A stretch of 63,857 nucleotides of DNA, the filler included, from Atractiella rhizophila (Eukaryota), in assembly GCA_021432655.1 (NCBI GenBank). It is 6 parts of 6 records of this genome, joined end to end, with 100 filler letters (N's around TTAATTAATTAA, not from the genome) between each part and the next. Parts side by side here need not be neighbours in the genome. Positions count along the whole stretch, not along the records: positions 23,366 to 54,062 come from MU271572.1; 5 more parts are not named here. The stretch is one strand, 5' to 3'. Positions 37,891-51,841 of this stretch are shown here, piece after piece (position 1 is the stretch's first letter; each line of letters starts with the position of its first letter). Under the pieces are notes generated by a model, which was not told the DNA's origin, did no database searches, and worked only from the letters and a program-made list of their open reading frames with translations. A program made the translations under genes and the position numbers.

Positions 37891-38231
37891 TACTCACTCT
37901 AGCTCACTGATGTATAGATCAGTGCATTGGAAGGCTTTAATGGACTGGAGGCAACCTAGTCATTTCCTCGAAACTTGGTGACATCTTGCCGTCGGGTTGC
38001 CAGAATCGTTGTTAAACAACTTCCAACAGTCTACCTGGGCACAACGCTTTAGTTATTCTTTGTTTTCCAATCAGTCAAAGCCTCAACTTTTTTGGCTTTA
38101 TCCCTCTTCTTCCATCAGTCCCCGCATTTGTATGAGCCGTTGTGGGGTTCAGTTTTAGCCGCCACCAGTGGTGATAAGACGCCAGATAAACCCTGGTATC
38201 TGGGTGGTGGGCAAGTTCCATCGATACTTTC

Positions 38232-40171
38232 ATGGTACTGTGGCAGAATATGCTTGTGTCAAACGGTCACAGTTTCTCTTCGCTTCCAACTCTGGTTGGC
38301 GCCCTATTGTTCCTTTGTATCCTCAGTCGTTGGCTGTTTATCAATCGCAACTACCGTCGCAAGTTGCCTCCCGGGCCATCCCCCAACCTCTATGGCGTCT
38401 TTCAAGTCCCTGCAGGCGTCAAGGCTTGGTTGTATTGGCAGAACTCTCCGTACGCGAAGAACGGCATCATAACTATTCATCAAGGCGCGTTTGCTCCTCC
38501 CAATTTCCTTATAACCAGTCCGGATATCGCGCTCGATATTCTGGAAAAGCGAAATGCCACATCTGCTGATCGACCTACGAACGCAGTCGCCAATGTATTA
38601 ACGGGACAGATGGGACTCCTTTTCGCGAGGTATGGCCCTCAATTCAGGAGGTACAGGAAATTTGTGCATCATGCTCTGATGCCTCAGGCTGCTGAAAGTT
38701 ATGGACCCATGTCCGAGAGGGCGGCAAGGAACGTCTTGCGAGACATGCTTCAGTATCAGAAAGGGAACAAAAGTGTTGTGGTGGAATTTGAACAGTTCAG
38801 AAGGACTTTTCATGCTTATGCTGCCTCAGTTATTCAGACAGCCGTGTTTGCAAAAAGGCAGAGGACGACCATGGACGACAAAAATCTGAGGATGGCGCTC
38901 CAATGGAACCTGAGCTTGGTTGGTGCACTAACACCTGGTGTTTGGAAATGTGCTGTAAATCTTCGCCAAGCGCTTATATGTGTTGACAATCGGCACAGTA
39001 TTTTCCCTGGCTGAGATTTCTCCCTGGATACTTCGCCCAGCCGAAACAAGCACATGAGCGACAGCTGCAAGACTATCGTCTCTCGATGAAAAAGACAAGA
39101 GAGGACGTTGTCCGTGTTCCGTTTGAGCCCAGAAACCACAAGCTGACAGTGCGTAGAATGAAGGATGTGTCGAGCCTAGCGTAATTCGTTGGGCTACTGA
39201 GCGCCAGAAAGGTACATTGCTTGATTTAACGCTAGCATGAAGACTGACAGTAAATGTAGAATATAACATTTCGGATGATGAGCTTGCCTGGCTATCAGGA
39301 TCTCTTTTCCACGCAGGAAGCGACTCTACGGCAGTTACAATCAATCAGTATTTATTTCCTTTGTCCACTGGCCAAGCTATTGATGGAATTCTCTTCTCAG
39401 TGCCCTTCTCACCGCGGTGACTTACGCCGATGCTCAGAGAACTGCACAAGAAGAAATCGACCATGTGGTCGGAAGACAGAGGAGTGCGACCGTTGGTCTA
39501 CTTAGCTGCAGCATGCTGATGAGATTGGCTGCAGCTCCTAGTTTTGAAGACATGCCCAATCTTCCTTACACGCAAGCCTTCGTCAAAGAAGTGATACGTT
39601 TCCGTGGCGCAACGCCTGGAGGTGAGTTTCACTTCTAAATTCTGGCGGACCACAGACAACCGGATTCAGGTTTTCCACATCGAATGATGCAGGATGAGAA
39701 GCTGCCGAATGGTTGGGTAATACCAAAAGACTCCCTCGTCTTTGCCCAAAGCTGGTCACTTCATCGAAGCACTGAGCTATACGGCAAAGATGTCGAGACT
39801 TTTCGTCCTTCACGCTGGCTGGACTCGGATGGCCAACTCCGAACTGACATGAGGCACTTTGCTTTTGGTCACGGCAGACGGTACGATCTCACTCCACTCG
39901 TCGCTGCTACTGCGAAGTGATATTTCCCCTCTCGCATAGGATTTGCCCAGGGATGTACCTGGCAGAACGATCAATTTTCATAAACCTAACCCACCTGCTC
40001 TGGGCATTCGAGATTCTACCAACGAAAGAGGAATCGCCGGAGGTCCGCATGGACCCTGCAACAAGATATACGAGCGTTGGAATCTCTTCACCTCTTCCTT
40101 ACGACGTCAAATTGGTGCCTCGGCGAGGGAATCTGGAAAAGTTGCTAGGAGAGGAGGAACTCATGTTTTAG
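38232..40171 (+). CDS. Cytochrome P450 (microsomal)
   Basis: N-terminal TM plus LPPGP, I-helix AGSDST, EVIR (ExxR), FRPSRW and heme motif FAFGHGRR|ICPG. Confidence 0.92.
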
Positions 40172-40774
40172 GTAGCGTTATGTGCCACGGTGTTAGCATC
40201 CTGGTAGTGCAGATGTACAGTCACCGTTCTCGGCTCTGCAGACTCTGAAGATGGTTGATGGGAATAAATGTGATAAAATTTCATGCAATGGAGGGAAAGC
40301 GTTAGAGAGTGCCACGAATTCAGTCCACATTGAAATACGAAAATTTGAGGTGATTCTCAGACAGTTGAATGGGTATCAAAACTTGAGGCTTGCGTTGTCA
40401 GAGCAGAGCAGAACACCAACCAACCAACCAAAGAAAAAAGAAAAAATAGCCAAAGTAAACCGAACAACCTCTGGAAGAGAAGATAAGTGGCAACACCGAT
40501 AATGGTAGCGTTTTGAACCAGTGTTTGAGTCGCAAAGAAATAATACTACAACAGGAAGAAGAAAATCCAAATGAAGGACTCATACAACTTCTGGCCCGAC
40601 AGTCGTAGTTATTTTGGTGAGAAAAAAGGAGGAAAAGGAAGGGAATCTTAAAAGAAGAGGAGATCTAACTGGTACTAAAAAGATGATATCGAACCGCGTG
40701 AACGAATCCAATCCGAGACAGCCAATCCACGATCCAGACCTATCCACATTCTTTTGTACTTTCGACAACAACTA

Positions 40775-43544
40775 TCAACAAAGCACCGTTCCCGCGATAG
40801 TTCCCCGCGCGAACGAGTCCACCTTCCACTCTGCGATTCCCCATTCTCCTCCTCCACAATAGAGGTAATCGCCGTCCGGATCCCAACAGATCCCATTCAG
40901 ATCTGTCGGATGAGATGGCGGACAATTGATGTTATCGGTCAGCGAGAAAGGCGGGGGCCGTTCTGGGAGTGGCGAGCAATAAGATAGAGAAGGGCCGTAT
41001 TTCGATACGGAGGTGAATTCGAGTTTGGGGTGATTGAAAGAGTACATCGGGGGGAGGGAGGGGTTTTGGAAAAGTACTGAGAAGGGGGTCATGGGGTGGA
41101 TGAGTCGAGGATGGGAGGGGGTGAGCGACTGCGCCTGGTTCTCGAAGATCTCCAGATCGTACGCTTGGGTATAAACCGCCTGAGTGAGGTACTCTCGGAA
41201 AGCGATGTTCGCTTCTTGTGCTGAGAGGTTGTAGGGACGAGTGATGTCCCTCTCTTGCTGCTCTTGCCTCGGTATAGCGAGAGGTCCAGCGACGACGTTG
41301 GGCGAGTAAAGATCAGGTGGAGGGAAAGGATTGTGTCCAGGCTGGACAGGAGCGGGCAGATCCTCTTCCCACGAGAAGACCGGATTGGTCCAGCGTTCGG
41401 GTACGAGAGTGGGGGAGCTGTTGCTCGAGTTGGAGGAGAGGCGAAGGTAATTCCTTTGAGACGACGACATCGGTCCGTTCGTTGGGACGGCGTGGGGACC
41501 ACGGGAAGAGGAGCGAGAAACAGGCGGCCGTTCACGATTGGCAGTCGGGGGAGAGAGCAGGCCATTGCTGTGGCTCTGGTGCCGTCGCAACGGCCTCTCG
41601 AACCGTCGCGAGCTCGAACGTGCCTGAGGAGCAGGTTCAGCGGTCCAGGGATACGGCACGGGGACCTCCACTATCCAGCATCCAAGGACACGATCAGAAT
41701 CATCCAACGTCCATCGCTCGGTAAGAAGGAGAAAGACTTACGTCGTTGCCCATACTCGAAATTTCTCGCGTCGACGACGTGAATGAAGTTCCGGTGCTCC
41801 GAAAACGCAAGCATCATCTTCTCACTGCTCGGACCGAATTTCACAACCCTTGCAGCCCCGGCCGCTCCACGTTGGGACGTGTTGAGGATGGCGAGGGACT
41901 TTGTTGAACGGACATCCCAAACAGTGATGAATCCAGCTGAAAAGGTTGATTGATCAGCGGAGGGTTCTTGGAAAATGTACATGCAGGGTGACTCGCCTTG
42001 TGATGCGACAGCGTAATACATGCTGTCTGGAGACCATGATGTTGAGAAACTCGACGTCTTGGTGTGAGCTTTCGCATCGATTGAATGTCAATAGTTTAAA
42101 CGGGAGTAAGGAGGAAACATACTTTGGTGTGTGCTAACGGCTTCATAATCCCCGTTATGCGCAACGTTGTAAAGGAAAACGTCAACAGAGTCGCCCGCCT
42201 AACACACCATCGTTCCTTAGCACACATGCAGACTGAATGGGAGAAAAAAATAGGGCATACCGCAACCATCCTTCTTCCATCGGGAGAGACTGACGCTACA
42301 GAGCAGAGCAAAGCATGAGCTTATTTTGTCTTAGCTCGCGACCAACGGTCGAGAGGGCTCACCATGGTTGACGGGCTTCTCGAAACCTCCAATCACATTC
42401 GTCTGCCTCAATCTCCACTGCAGTCCATCATTGTCGTCCCACGTGATGATGTCCTCATCCTCCGCTTCCACTTCCCCCTCGCTGGATTCGTCGGACTTGG
42501 ACGGTGACGGTGCAGCGAACTGAGGAGGACCGTCCGGAGCCCTCGCATCGAAAATGATGATGCTGTCGCCGTTATTCGAGAGCAACAGACGATGGGTTTG
42601 TCTCGAGAGGGGCGATGGACCGATGTGCAATGAACTGTAACGACGCAGTCAGCACGGATAGGTTTAGTCATCAAGGGTAGAATTGAAAGGAATGAAAAGA
42701 ACGCACTTATTGATGCAGTCAATCCCCCGGTTCATCTCCATGAGCCATCCCTTCTTCACTCCGCTCTCGCTCTCCCAATCGTCCCCTTCCTCGTCCTCAT
42801 CCCAACATCTGATCTGCTCCGTCCCCCGTGAGTAGCCGGACCCATCGCCAATGAAGCCGGCAGCTCGCTCTTTGCCTTTCCGTCGTGAGGACGCCTGTGC
42901 TGGAGGAGCATACATCAGCGCGATCTCGCTCTTCTGCCCGCAGGCGCCGAGGAGTTGAGGGTAGGTGAGCGAGGCGGAGGAGTGGACGACGGTGGAGGCT
43001 TCGAAGTTGAGGGTCGCGAGCGCCGTCTGTTGCAGCACAGCATGACATGAGATCATTGAGCGTTGGTTTTGGCTGGGAAAGGAGACGTACACGAGTGTTG
43101 TTGTGCAGATCGAAGGACGAAATGTAGTTGTTGCATGCCGTATTGATCAGTCCAGCCCGCGAAGGACAGACAATGAGGTCTTTCAATTGCCTGCACCGGA
43201 CCAAGTGCTCCATCAATCTCCTGCTCCCCATCCGACTAGGAGACAAAGAGAAAGCTCACGGATGTCTGGGAATGCTCCGCACGTAGAGGAAGAGCTTGGG
43301 CAGCGGTTCCACAAGCTCGTTCTCGACCACAGGGAAGCTGACAGCGTTCCCATCCTCCCTCTTCGCCCTATTCCGACCACCCACCACTCACGCTCAGCCA
43401 ACAATCCCAACAAACAAGGGAAAGAAAAATGAGGAAATCGCACTCGATTCGACACCTGTTTACCCCGATGTGCTGATAAGCGACCATTTCGTTGGATAAT
43501 GCTGGATAGGGATACACGTACTCAAGAGCAGAGCTGTGCGGCAT
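40775..43544 (-). CDS. WD40-like beta-propeller protein, DUF2415-like
   Basis: Q-LKDLI, LLLSNNGDSI, SVSPDGRRMVAV, AVASQ|GFITVWDVRS, GAARVVKF...LAFSEHRNFIHVVDARNF, GICWDPDGDYLYCGG...IAEW. Confidence 0.7.
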
Positions 43545-44478
43545 GTGTGCCAGTTGGTGCTGACGAATCGCAGTGCTCGTAGCAGTGGCGAAAGAAGAGG
43601 GAGAGGTCGTCGAAGGAGCTATGAATGAGAGAGCACGCGCCAAAGTGTGCTCCGAACTTAGCTCCGAGTGCACTATCTTCATGTGGAGCAGAGAGACGGC
43701 CGACGTACTCTCCGTGCGCACGTACTGTGCCTATCTTTTATCCCGCTTTATCCTGAATTATAGACCCCCAAATTCACTGTCACACTCGCAAACCCACAAG
43801 ATCCGTCCATTTCCTCACCCTTTCTCCTCCGGCCGACCTCTGCGAAAGCGCTCAGACGAGGAACAACGGGCAGGCACAACGTCAATCGCTGCGATGGTCG
43901 GCACTCACAACTGCAAATCAAATATTAGCCGTGCATGTCGGAACCGTACTTAAGCGGTTGCTCTCTCTTTTTGCTTTTGCTGGAGAGGCCGGGTGAGCTA
44001 AGGTGGACTCCGAAGGCGAGGGGGTTCCTGGAGCTGTGTTGACTGTCTTGGTGTTGTGGAACCGGAAACTTTTACGATTTTCGGAACAGGTGTGTTGTTG
44101 CTCTCAGGGAGGCTCGGATGTCAAAATGGCATACGTGGGCGATTGTGTGAGCTGGATTCACCCTTTCTACCAGACGTCCAGGATAATCATTCAGGTCAAT
44201 TCAATATTCAGTTTCGTAGACCGAAAAGGGCTATTGAAGGATCTGAGGTGTCGCCTTGTGAGTAAACATGTCAACAACTGAAAAGTTGTTCTTGTGTCGC
44301 CGAACTTGAGGCAAAGGCAGGCTCACCAAAACAGACGCTCAATGTCCACATGTTTAACAACATTCACAGCAAAGAAAGTCGCACACCTGACAGAGCATGA
44401 CAGAGAAGAGAAGAGATAACTATTATTCATACTCCTAAAGTAATTCTACAAGAACCCAGCATTTTGAACTGTACCGCA

Positions 44479-45965
44479 TCAACGTTTATAAGCTACCGCA
44501 TCTTCCTCCTTCGCCACCTCCCTCCCCAGCTCTTCCAAAATCTCCTTCGCCCCATTCTTCAACAACCAAACCGCCATCCGTCTCCCCACCTCCCTCGCCT
44601 CCTCCTCGCTCTCAATCTCCTCCTCCAACTCCCCCATCGCCACCTTCACTCCATCCAAGCTCGTCACCACCGCCTTGATCCTCAACCTGCTCCTCCTCTC
44701 CTCTCCCGGCACCACCACCTCCAACCCCAGCTCATCGTACCCCATCCGCTCCTCCACCGGCGTCAGCTTGGTCGAAACCCCCACCGGGACCGAACACCCG
44801 CCCTCGAGCACACGCAACATCTCGCGTTCGGCGAGACAACACCAAGCGGACTGCCAGTGGTTCAATCGGCGCACCATGTCCCTTATCCTCCCCGTCCTCT
44901 CGTCCCACCCCTCCGGCTTCTCCCTCTCGTTCCCGAACTGATCCAGTGGGCTCGTACCGGGTATGCGCACTTCGATCCCTAAGGCGCCTTGACCTACGGA
45001 GTGGTAGAGCGTTGGAGGAGAGAGGTACGCTGTTATTCGTGTGGAGAGGTCGAGACGGAGCAGTCCGGCTGCGGCTAGAACCAACGCGGTGAATTGGGAA
45101 TTGGGAGCGTCGAGTTTGGAGAGACGAGTTTGGATGTTTCCTCTCTACAATTGAAAAGACAACAAATCAACATCCAATGTCCCTAGTTGCAAGAGAGGAT
45201 AAGCAAAAGACTTACCACACTGGAAAACTTGAGCTTTGGATATCTGGCCCTCAACTGAGCCACGCGCCGCACGGAACTTGTACCCACCACGCTTCCCTCT
45301 GGAAGCTCATCCAAGCTCCTATACCCCAATCCCTTCTTCACAACCAGCACATCTCGTGGATCCACCCTATCAGTGATCGCTGCAATCTCACATCCAGGAG
45401 GGAGAGTAGTCGGCACATCCTTCAGACAATGAACGACGAGGTCAACTTGTCCCTGACACAGGGCCGCCTCCAACTCCTTCGTCCACAACGCCTTCTCTCC
45501 ACTTCCACCAAACAAGTACAACGGCATGACCTGATTCTGATCCCCCGCCGTCTTCATGCTCACCACCGTAAACGTCGGCTTCAAATCCAACCCAAACTCG
45601 TCCTCCGCTCCTCCCCCAATCGTGGGAAAGTCATCGGGGAACAAATTGCGCAACGACGTCTGTATGATCTTTGTCTGGACCAACGCGAGCTTGGACGAGC
45701 GCGAACCGAGGATGAAAGCGTGCGGCTGACGGTGTGCGTTCACGAGCGTCGAGAAGTCGGCTGGAGGAGAAGAGGCGAGCGCTAGCAGGTGTTTTTTCGC
45801 GAACGAGATCTTGGAGGGCGAGGTTGGACAGTAATCTAGGTCGAGCGACGTGCGCGGGGAGGTGGCTTTGGGCTTGATGGAGATTCCATTTGGATGCCCA
45901 TTCGTGTGTGGATTTCCGTTGGCTTGCGAGTAGGACGGCTGGGAGGAGGAGGCGATGGTAGACAT
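44479..45965 (-). CDS. HEM3: Porphobilinogen deaminase (hydroxymethylbilane synthase)
   Basis: [73 protein letters not shown]. Confidence 0.95.
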
Positions 45966-46273
45966 TTTGTGGAAGGTCAGGTTGGCAGTGGTAAAGCAGC
46001 GATTTCGATTGGTCGATTTTTATCAAAGTCGGTCAGCGAACTTTATTATGTAGGCTATCGATTTCCCGAGATTTCGATTCGCTGATTGGACAGTTACCGT
46101 CGAAAGGTATCGAGCCAGTAATGTTGCACGTAAGCATCATACAGATTGTATTCCCACATGCACATGTCTATCTCTACAAAACTCAAGCATGTATCTGAAC
46201 CAACTCCTATCTGACACCGAAGAATCTACAATCTGAGCACTGAATTTATGACACGGAAGCTCTTAACGGAATC

Positions 46274-47270
46274 TCAAAAATCACCATCTCCCTCCTCCCA
46301 AGCTGTACGATCTCTCGTAGCGCCTTGTCGTCCTCCTTTTCCCTTACTCTTAGAATTATGTAACCCCTAAGCCATCGCGTTACAATCACCATCTCCATGA
46401 AAAGATAGATCAAGGCGCACCTTGTAGTACTCGCGCATCTCCACCTTACTCGGAGTCATTGTACCCTCATTCTCAGCCTCCCACCTATCTTCCCTCTCTT
46501 CTCTAGGCGTTCTATACCCCTCGCTCCTGGCTCGCTCATATGCCGCATCATCTGCCAATGCTGGGCCATTGTACGAATCTGAGCGTTTGATCGACTTATA
46601 CCTAGCGAACCAGTCTTCTTTCGACTCCCTGCGTGTCCAAGTCGGTGTGGAGGTGACAGGAGGGGGAGAGAGAAGACGGTGCTTTGGAAGAGACGGAACC
46701 AGCAGTAGTCTACGCCACCATCAAAATATCGTTAGCAGTCCGATCTTCATCCAAAGCGAAAGGAACAGATGACGCACTCAATGTGGCACTGCGCCGCCAG
46801 CGGCGAGAGACGAGGCGAAGCTTCTTGAGGGTTGGGACGTCATCGACGAGGAGGAAGATGCGACTTTTGACTTCTTCTGGGAATCTGACCAGTGGATCCC
46901 TGCTCGTCTCAGACGCTTTCTTCTTCCGCCCCTTCTTTGTAGGGCTAGATGGCCTGCTACCTATCGCATAAAAAAGAGCGAAGAACCCATTAGCTATTCA
47001 ATCCTTCGCCCGGTTCCAAAAACAGATAATGACCGTGAAAGGGAGAATCGTACCATTACCAGGTGTGCCCGGCACACTCCTCAACGCCACAAGCTCTTCC
47101 TCCCTCTCAAGATCCTCGATCCTCTTCTTCCGTTTCTCCTGCTCGACTTCAGGATTAAGATATAACGACGAGAAATCTGGCAAGTTGATGGGTCGTTTGC
47201 CTTTCGTGGGCGTCGGAGGGGAGGAGGAGGATTTGGCGACACGGGAAAGCGTGTTTTTGTAGAGCGACAT
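46274..47270 (-). CDS. Fungal hypothetical protein (basic/charged, multi-exon)
   Basis: MSLYKNTLSR... through ...EMREYYK|SKGKGGRQGATRDRTAWEEGDGDF*, with GT-AG junctions. Confidence 0.55.
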
Positions 47271-48002
47271 GTTTATGCGGTATCGATGGCTTGATGACTA
47301 GATTCTGCAGTGGAATCGTCGTTTTTTACGAGCAGAGCAATCAATTATGACGTTGTTATCCTGCTTTCTGGGTTGCACGTTCCCACCCACAACCCTACTT
47401 TGCTCCCTAAATTCGTGTTATCTGTTGGCGTGCCCCTTGTTTGAGACGAGATGCTGGCCCAACGTTCGCCTTCCTTCGTTGCTCACTTGCTCGCGGCATG
47501 TGCATCTGAGCAATTCACATCTGATTGATGAGATATTATCTAACGGCGCTTGAACGCGAAACGGGATGCAGAGCATCATTTTCCATGCATGGATGCAGAG
47601 ATGATCAATGATAGTAGCGATTTCTGCACTGGCATCCTCGTTGCCAGTGTATGCGCCTATGCACTCACAACACTGACTTCAACATCATTATTGTTGGGCG
47701 TCCTGATGAGATAACTTTTTGCCGCAGATCTAACGGATGAGATGGTACATGCTGTGTATGTTTCGTTGTTTTGACTCTATAGAGTCATGCAGTCTGTTAG
47801 CAACTTATCTGCTATTATTCCCTAGGTTTCCTCGTTCTCGTTCAAAGCCGGGGCTTCCGCTTTTCCAAACAAATTGACACAAGGTGATTCGCTTCTCGGT
47901 GGGCCTGACTCGCTTGTTGACTCGTCTCTACTCATAAAAACTGATTCTCGTCTTGCAGTTCTCATTCTCATCTAAAAGCTCTCCAGTTGCCGTTCAGTAT
48001 TA

Positions 48003-48885
48003 ATGGGCAAGGCGTTCAAAACCACCAACCGGATCCGTGAACAGCGGCTGAAAGCCAAGGTACGTCTTCCTTCTTCCTTCTATCCCAGAGTCTCCTAAGT
48101 GATTGATTCTACAGGAAGATCATAAAGCACACGAAGCATTGCGAGCACGAAACTATCAGCCTCTTCCGGATCTGAACGCGCCACACCCTCTCTCCCGACT
48201 CATCGCTCCTTCCCGCATCGACAAGGCTTTGGAAGCGCATACACGTTCTCTCCTCCTCGCTCCATCCTTCACATCGCACTTTAAACTGTGTTATCAGACT
48301 AGAGGTCCGCGCAGAGGATCCAGTGTACTTCCTCGTAAGCCCTTGGGATTAGATAGGAGGTGGCACCGTTATTACTCCCAAGACAGAGGAGGGGATAAGA
48401 TTCGAGTGCTTAGAGGTACCGCAAATGTTGAAACTGCGGACGAAGAGAAACAGCAGCAGGCACTAGACGAGAGGATCTACAGGCATGAAGGTCGGCCAGA
48501 TTGCGATTGTATTTGGGGAGGATGCGGCGATGACCCCGAAGGAGAAGTCTGGGAGGAGCTGGAAGCGAAGGAGAAGGAAGACGTGTGGAGCGTACCTGTG
48601 AAATTCAAACGTGAGCTCCACCCTGCTCATCGACACAAAATTGATCTGACCTCTCTTGTAAACCACAAAGTGGCACGCCGAATGGCTAGGCCGGTTGATG
48701 CGTCTTCGTCGTCACGCTTTGACGATGAGGAGTGGGAGGATCTTCCGTCCGACTTTGGGGATGGAGAAGACTGGGACCTTATTCTGGAAGTGGTAGAAGG
48801 AAGAGAGAAGAAAACCTACGCAGATGTTGTTGGACACTGTCAGGACGAAGGGAGACGGATCGGGTTCACTGTTGCCGCAGTTTGA
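48003..48885 (+). CDS. Hypothetical protein (2 exons)
   Basis: MGKAFKTTNRIREQRLKAK|GTACGT...CAG|EDHKAHEAL..., followed by a ~257-codon second exon. Confidence 0.65.
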
Positions 48886-49284
48886 ACAGTGATTATGTGT
48901 TTTCCATCTGCTGATGTTCATGCTACGTTTTCGGGTTTCTTCTGATAGTTAATGTTACAAAATGTACATTGGATTCAAACTTGAACAGTAATTGTCTTAT
49001 ATCTGGTTTATGGTAATGGTAAATGTAATTAGAAATGAGATAAGTCCACTCGAACGAAAACGAACACTTCAACGAAAAATTCAACTTAGATATGAGTAGT
49101 ATGAGTATTAGATTTATTGATAACTGAACCACTAGAATAGAATGTGGAAACAAGAAGAATAGTAAGACAAGAATCGAATAATGAAACGCAACTACTGTGA
49201 TTATCAACTGCAAACAGAACTCCGTGTTTCATGAAATGCTTTGCCTCGAATGCAAGACCAAGAAAAATGCGGATTGAGGAGCAA

Positions 49285-49885
49285 TTACTTGCTCACGGAC
49301 GACTCTCTCACAATCTCGCTCCATGTCTTCTTCTTCTCCACTTCCTTCTCTGACTCGAACTCCTCCAGAAGATCCCACCCATCCTCTTCCTCCTGAACCA
49401 TTCCCTTCAGATTGACACTGACAACCTTCGGCACGTTCTCGCTCTCGTTCAGGTTGTCCGCGAGAGCGATGACGCGTTTATTGGGAGGAGCGACGAGTTC
49501 GAAGCCTCCTAGAGTCCGTTCCCTCTCTGCACCAAGTAAACGCAGGTCAGCGGACATCACGAGGAGCAGGAAGACAGAAGAAGGAAAGAAAGGCAGACAT
49601 ACTGTCCCTCACCACCCTGATTCGCACTCCGCCTAACACTGTCGTCCTTCTCCCACCCTTCTCCGCACCTTCCTCCACGCTGGCCGTAATACCCTCTGCG
49701 ACGTCTCCTTCTTCTTCAGAATCAACAGACAAGTCCACTCCCCTCCCCTTCCTCGCTCCATGGCCTCGAAGAGCGCCGTTCCGACCAGATTTAACCTTGG
49801 AGGGATTTCCAAGCAGTTGTTTCTTCGAAGGGAGGCGTGTAGTTAGACCTTGGTTCGTTGGAGCTGCCGGCGCTTTACTGGACAT
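49285..49885 (-). CDS. Hypothetical protein (2 exons; start uncertain)
   Basis: MSSKAPAAPTN... exon, GTATGT...GCAG intron, then an exon ending KKKTWSEIVRESSVSK*. Confidence 0.55.
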
Positions 49886-50062
49886 GGCTCCTAGCAATGA
49901 GGACTCTTTGGAGAACGTTGGGAGAATTGGAGGGTGGTTGACGTCGTTCTTGGGAAGCGGAGAGGATGACGCGACTTGATAACGATGATAAGGAAAGGGG
50001 GCAAAAACGCGGTGACGTTCTCAAGTCGTAAACCCCAGCACCGGAACTGTCAACGTCTTGAG

Positions 50063-51672
50063 CACGTTGCAGGAGGAGAATACGCTGAGAGACGGAAGGG
50101 AAGAGAAGGCTGATGAAGAGAAGGCAAGAAGATATGATGGATGTTAACAACGAGAACGAAAGAAGAGGAGTCAGTTGACTCGCAGTGGTCATGTGCAAGT
50201 CGCGAATCACGTGATGGATCCACGACATTCTCGCCTTTATTTTGTTTTAATTTCTTAAACGTTCTCAGTAGACACAATGTTGATTACATCCGTGGTATAG
50301 TGTAACTGCTGTGAGACACGAGAACATGTGTTTGCTCTTCCTAAAGCTTTTGGAGCTGGAATGATACAACGACGCTGAATATTGCAGATCAGTCAGATTT
50401 GAGGCTCCTAATCGGATTATTGGGAGTTGGTTAATTCCAAGAAGTGACCAATCGAAGCATTGTCGAATTCAGAATTGGCGACGGGTTATGCTCATAGAAA
50501 GGTTGGGCAGGCGCGATAGTGACATTTCACTCTCCTTAACTCGCGTTAGACATTGAGTTCGGTAACAAAATTGCTGCTGAACGAAATAAACAATGGACGC
50601 ATACCCTTGGAGCAATCGGCTGGCCTATTCCTCGCTAGTATTAATCAGCTGAAAGCAATTGGCGCCAAAGCTTACCATCTCGTCCAAAGACTGGCGTGAT
50701 GTACGGATTTGAACGGCCGACTGAACTGACCCGAAAGACTCACAGATAAGACTCGTAGATTGGATTGCCCTTGAACCATTGGACTAAAACGTTAACGTCG
50801 CAAAGTTTAGCGTGTTTGCTAAGCATGAGGCTATGTTCTGCAATAATTCATGAGGCATCCCAGTAACGAATCAGTAATGAATCAGAATTAGAAGAATAGC
50901 AGCATTGCAGTACTTCTACTTGGTCGCTTGTGCATTTCTCAGGTTCTCTTCTTGCTACAGCCGGTACTGCTTTGCCGACCCTGCAGCACGACTTCACGGG
51001 GACAGTGCTAGAGAACGTGGCGTTGCAGAAAGGAACTGTGGCAACAGGTGGCAGATCTCCAGCTCCGGATGGCAGATGAAGTTGCATCCGTTTCCCTCCG
51101 CCCTGCAGCACTCTGGCTGATTTTGGCAGCTATCGCAATATCTCGCATCTTGCTCGCTCGCTCGCAACTGAAAACAAAGCTGCTACGGTAACCTTCGGTA
51201 GACTGAAGACAGCCGTTCTCAGAGATGCTCAGACTTCTGAGTGCCAGCAATTAGGATCACTACTTCAATGTCAGTCAACTCTAGCGACGATTCGGTTGTC
51301 AAAATTCTTCTTGGCAAGATGTGTACAATCCCGTCGCCCGAGTCAAAGAACGAGAGACCTATTTTCATGAATTGGGAGTAAACTCTTGGAGAAGAAGCAC
51401 ATGTTGAACGTTGGGGTGGCAGGGCAGGGGAGAGAACGTGCCTCTTCACTTAGACCCCAACAGTCAGTGAGACGATACGCAAGGCTCACTTCATCTGGAT
51501 TATTGAGCTTACAGCGACAGTTTATGGCCTTGCCCATTCATTTCAAGGATGTCTGACGCATCGTTGTCTGATGCATTTCTAGGTGAACCAGCACCAGAGG
51601 TTAAACCGAATCGTGCCAAGTAATCGGAACAAGCATTCCATCATTGATGGTAGTTGATGAAGGCGGCACGTT
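50063..51672. promoter_or_regulatory. Candidate Pho4-type E-boxes upstream of the phosphate transporter
   Basis: CACGTG at 50208-50213; CACGTT/AACGTG at 50063, 51014, 51435 and 51667. Confidence 0.3.
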
Positions 51673-51841
51673 CGACTCTCTTCCTCGCTATACTGACAAT
51701 TCTCTAAATTTAGCGCACCATTAGCCCTCCATAAAAGCTAGTGCCTTTCGATGAAATGAATCCACCTCTCAGCCCTCCCAGGTTCTCTCCTTTTCACTCC
51801 CTAATACCACCAACTCCCACTCCAAATACCGAGTAGTCGAG

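Noticed and set aside
26921..45965. AIF-like, P450, HEM3 and TPT genes as a heme/redox or secondary-metabolite cluster
   Set aside because: They are interspersed with unrelated housekeeping genes, with no backbone synthase or shared regulator visible.
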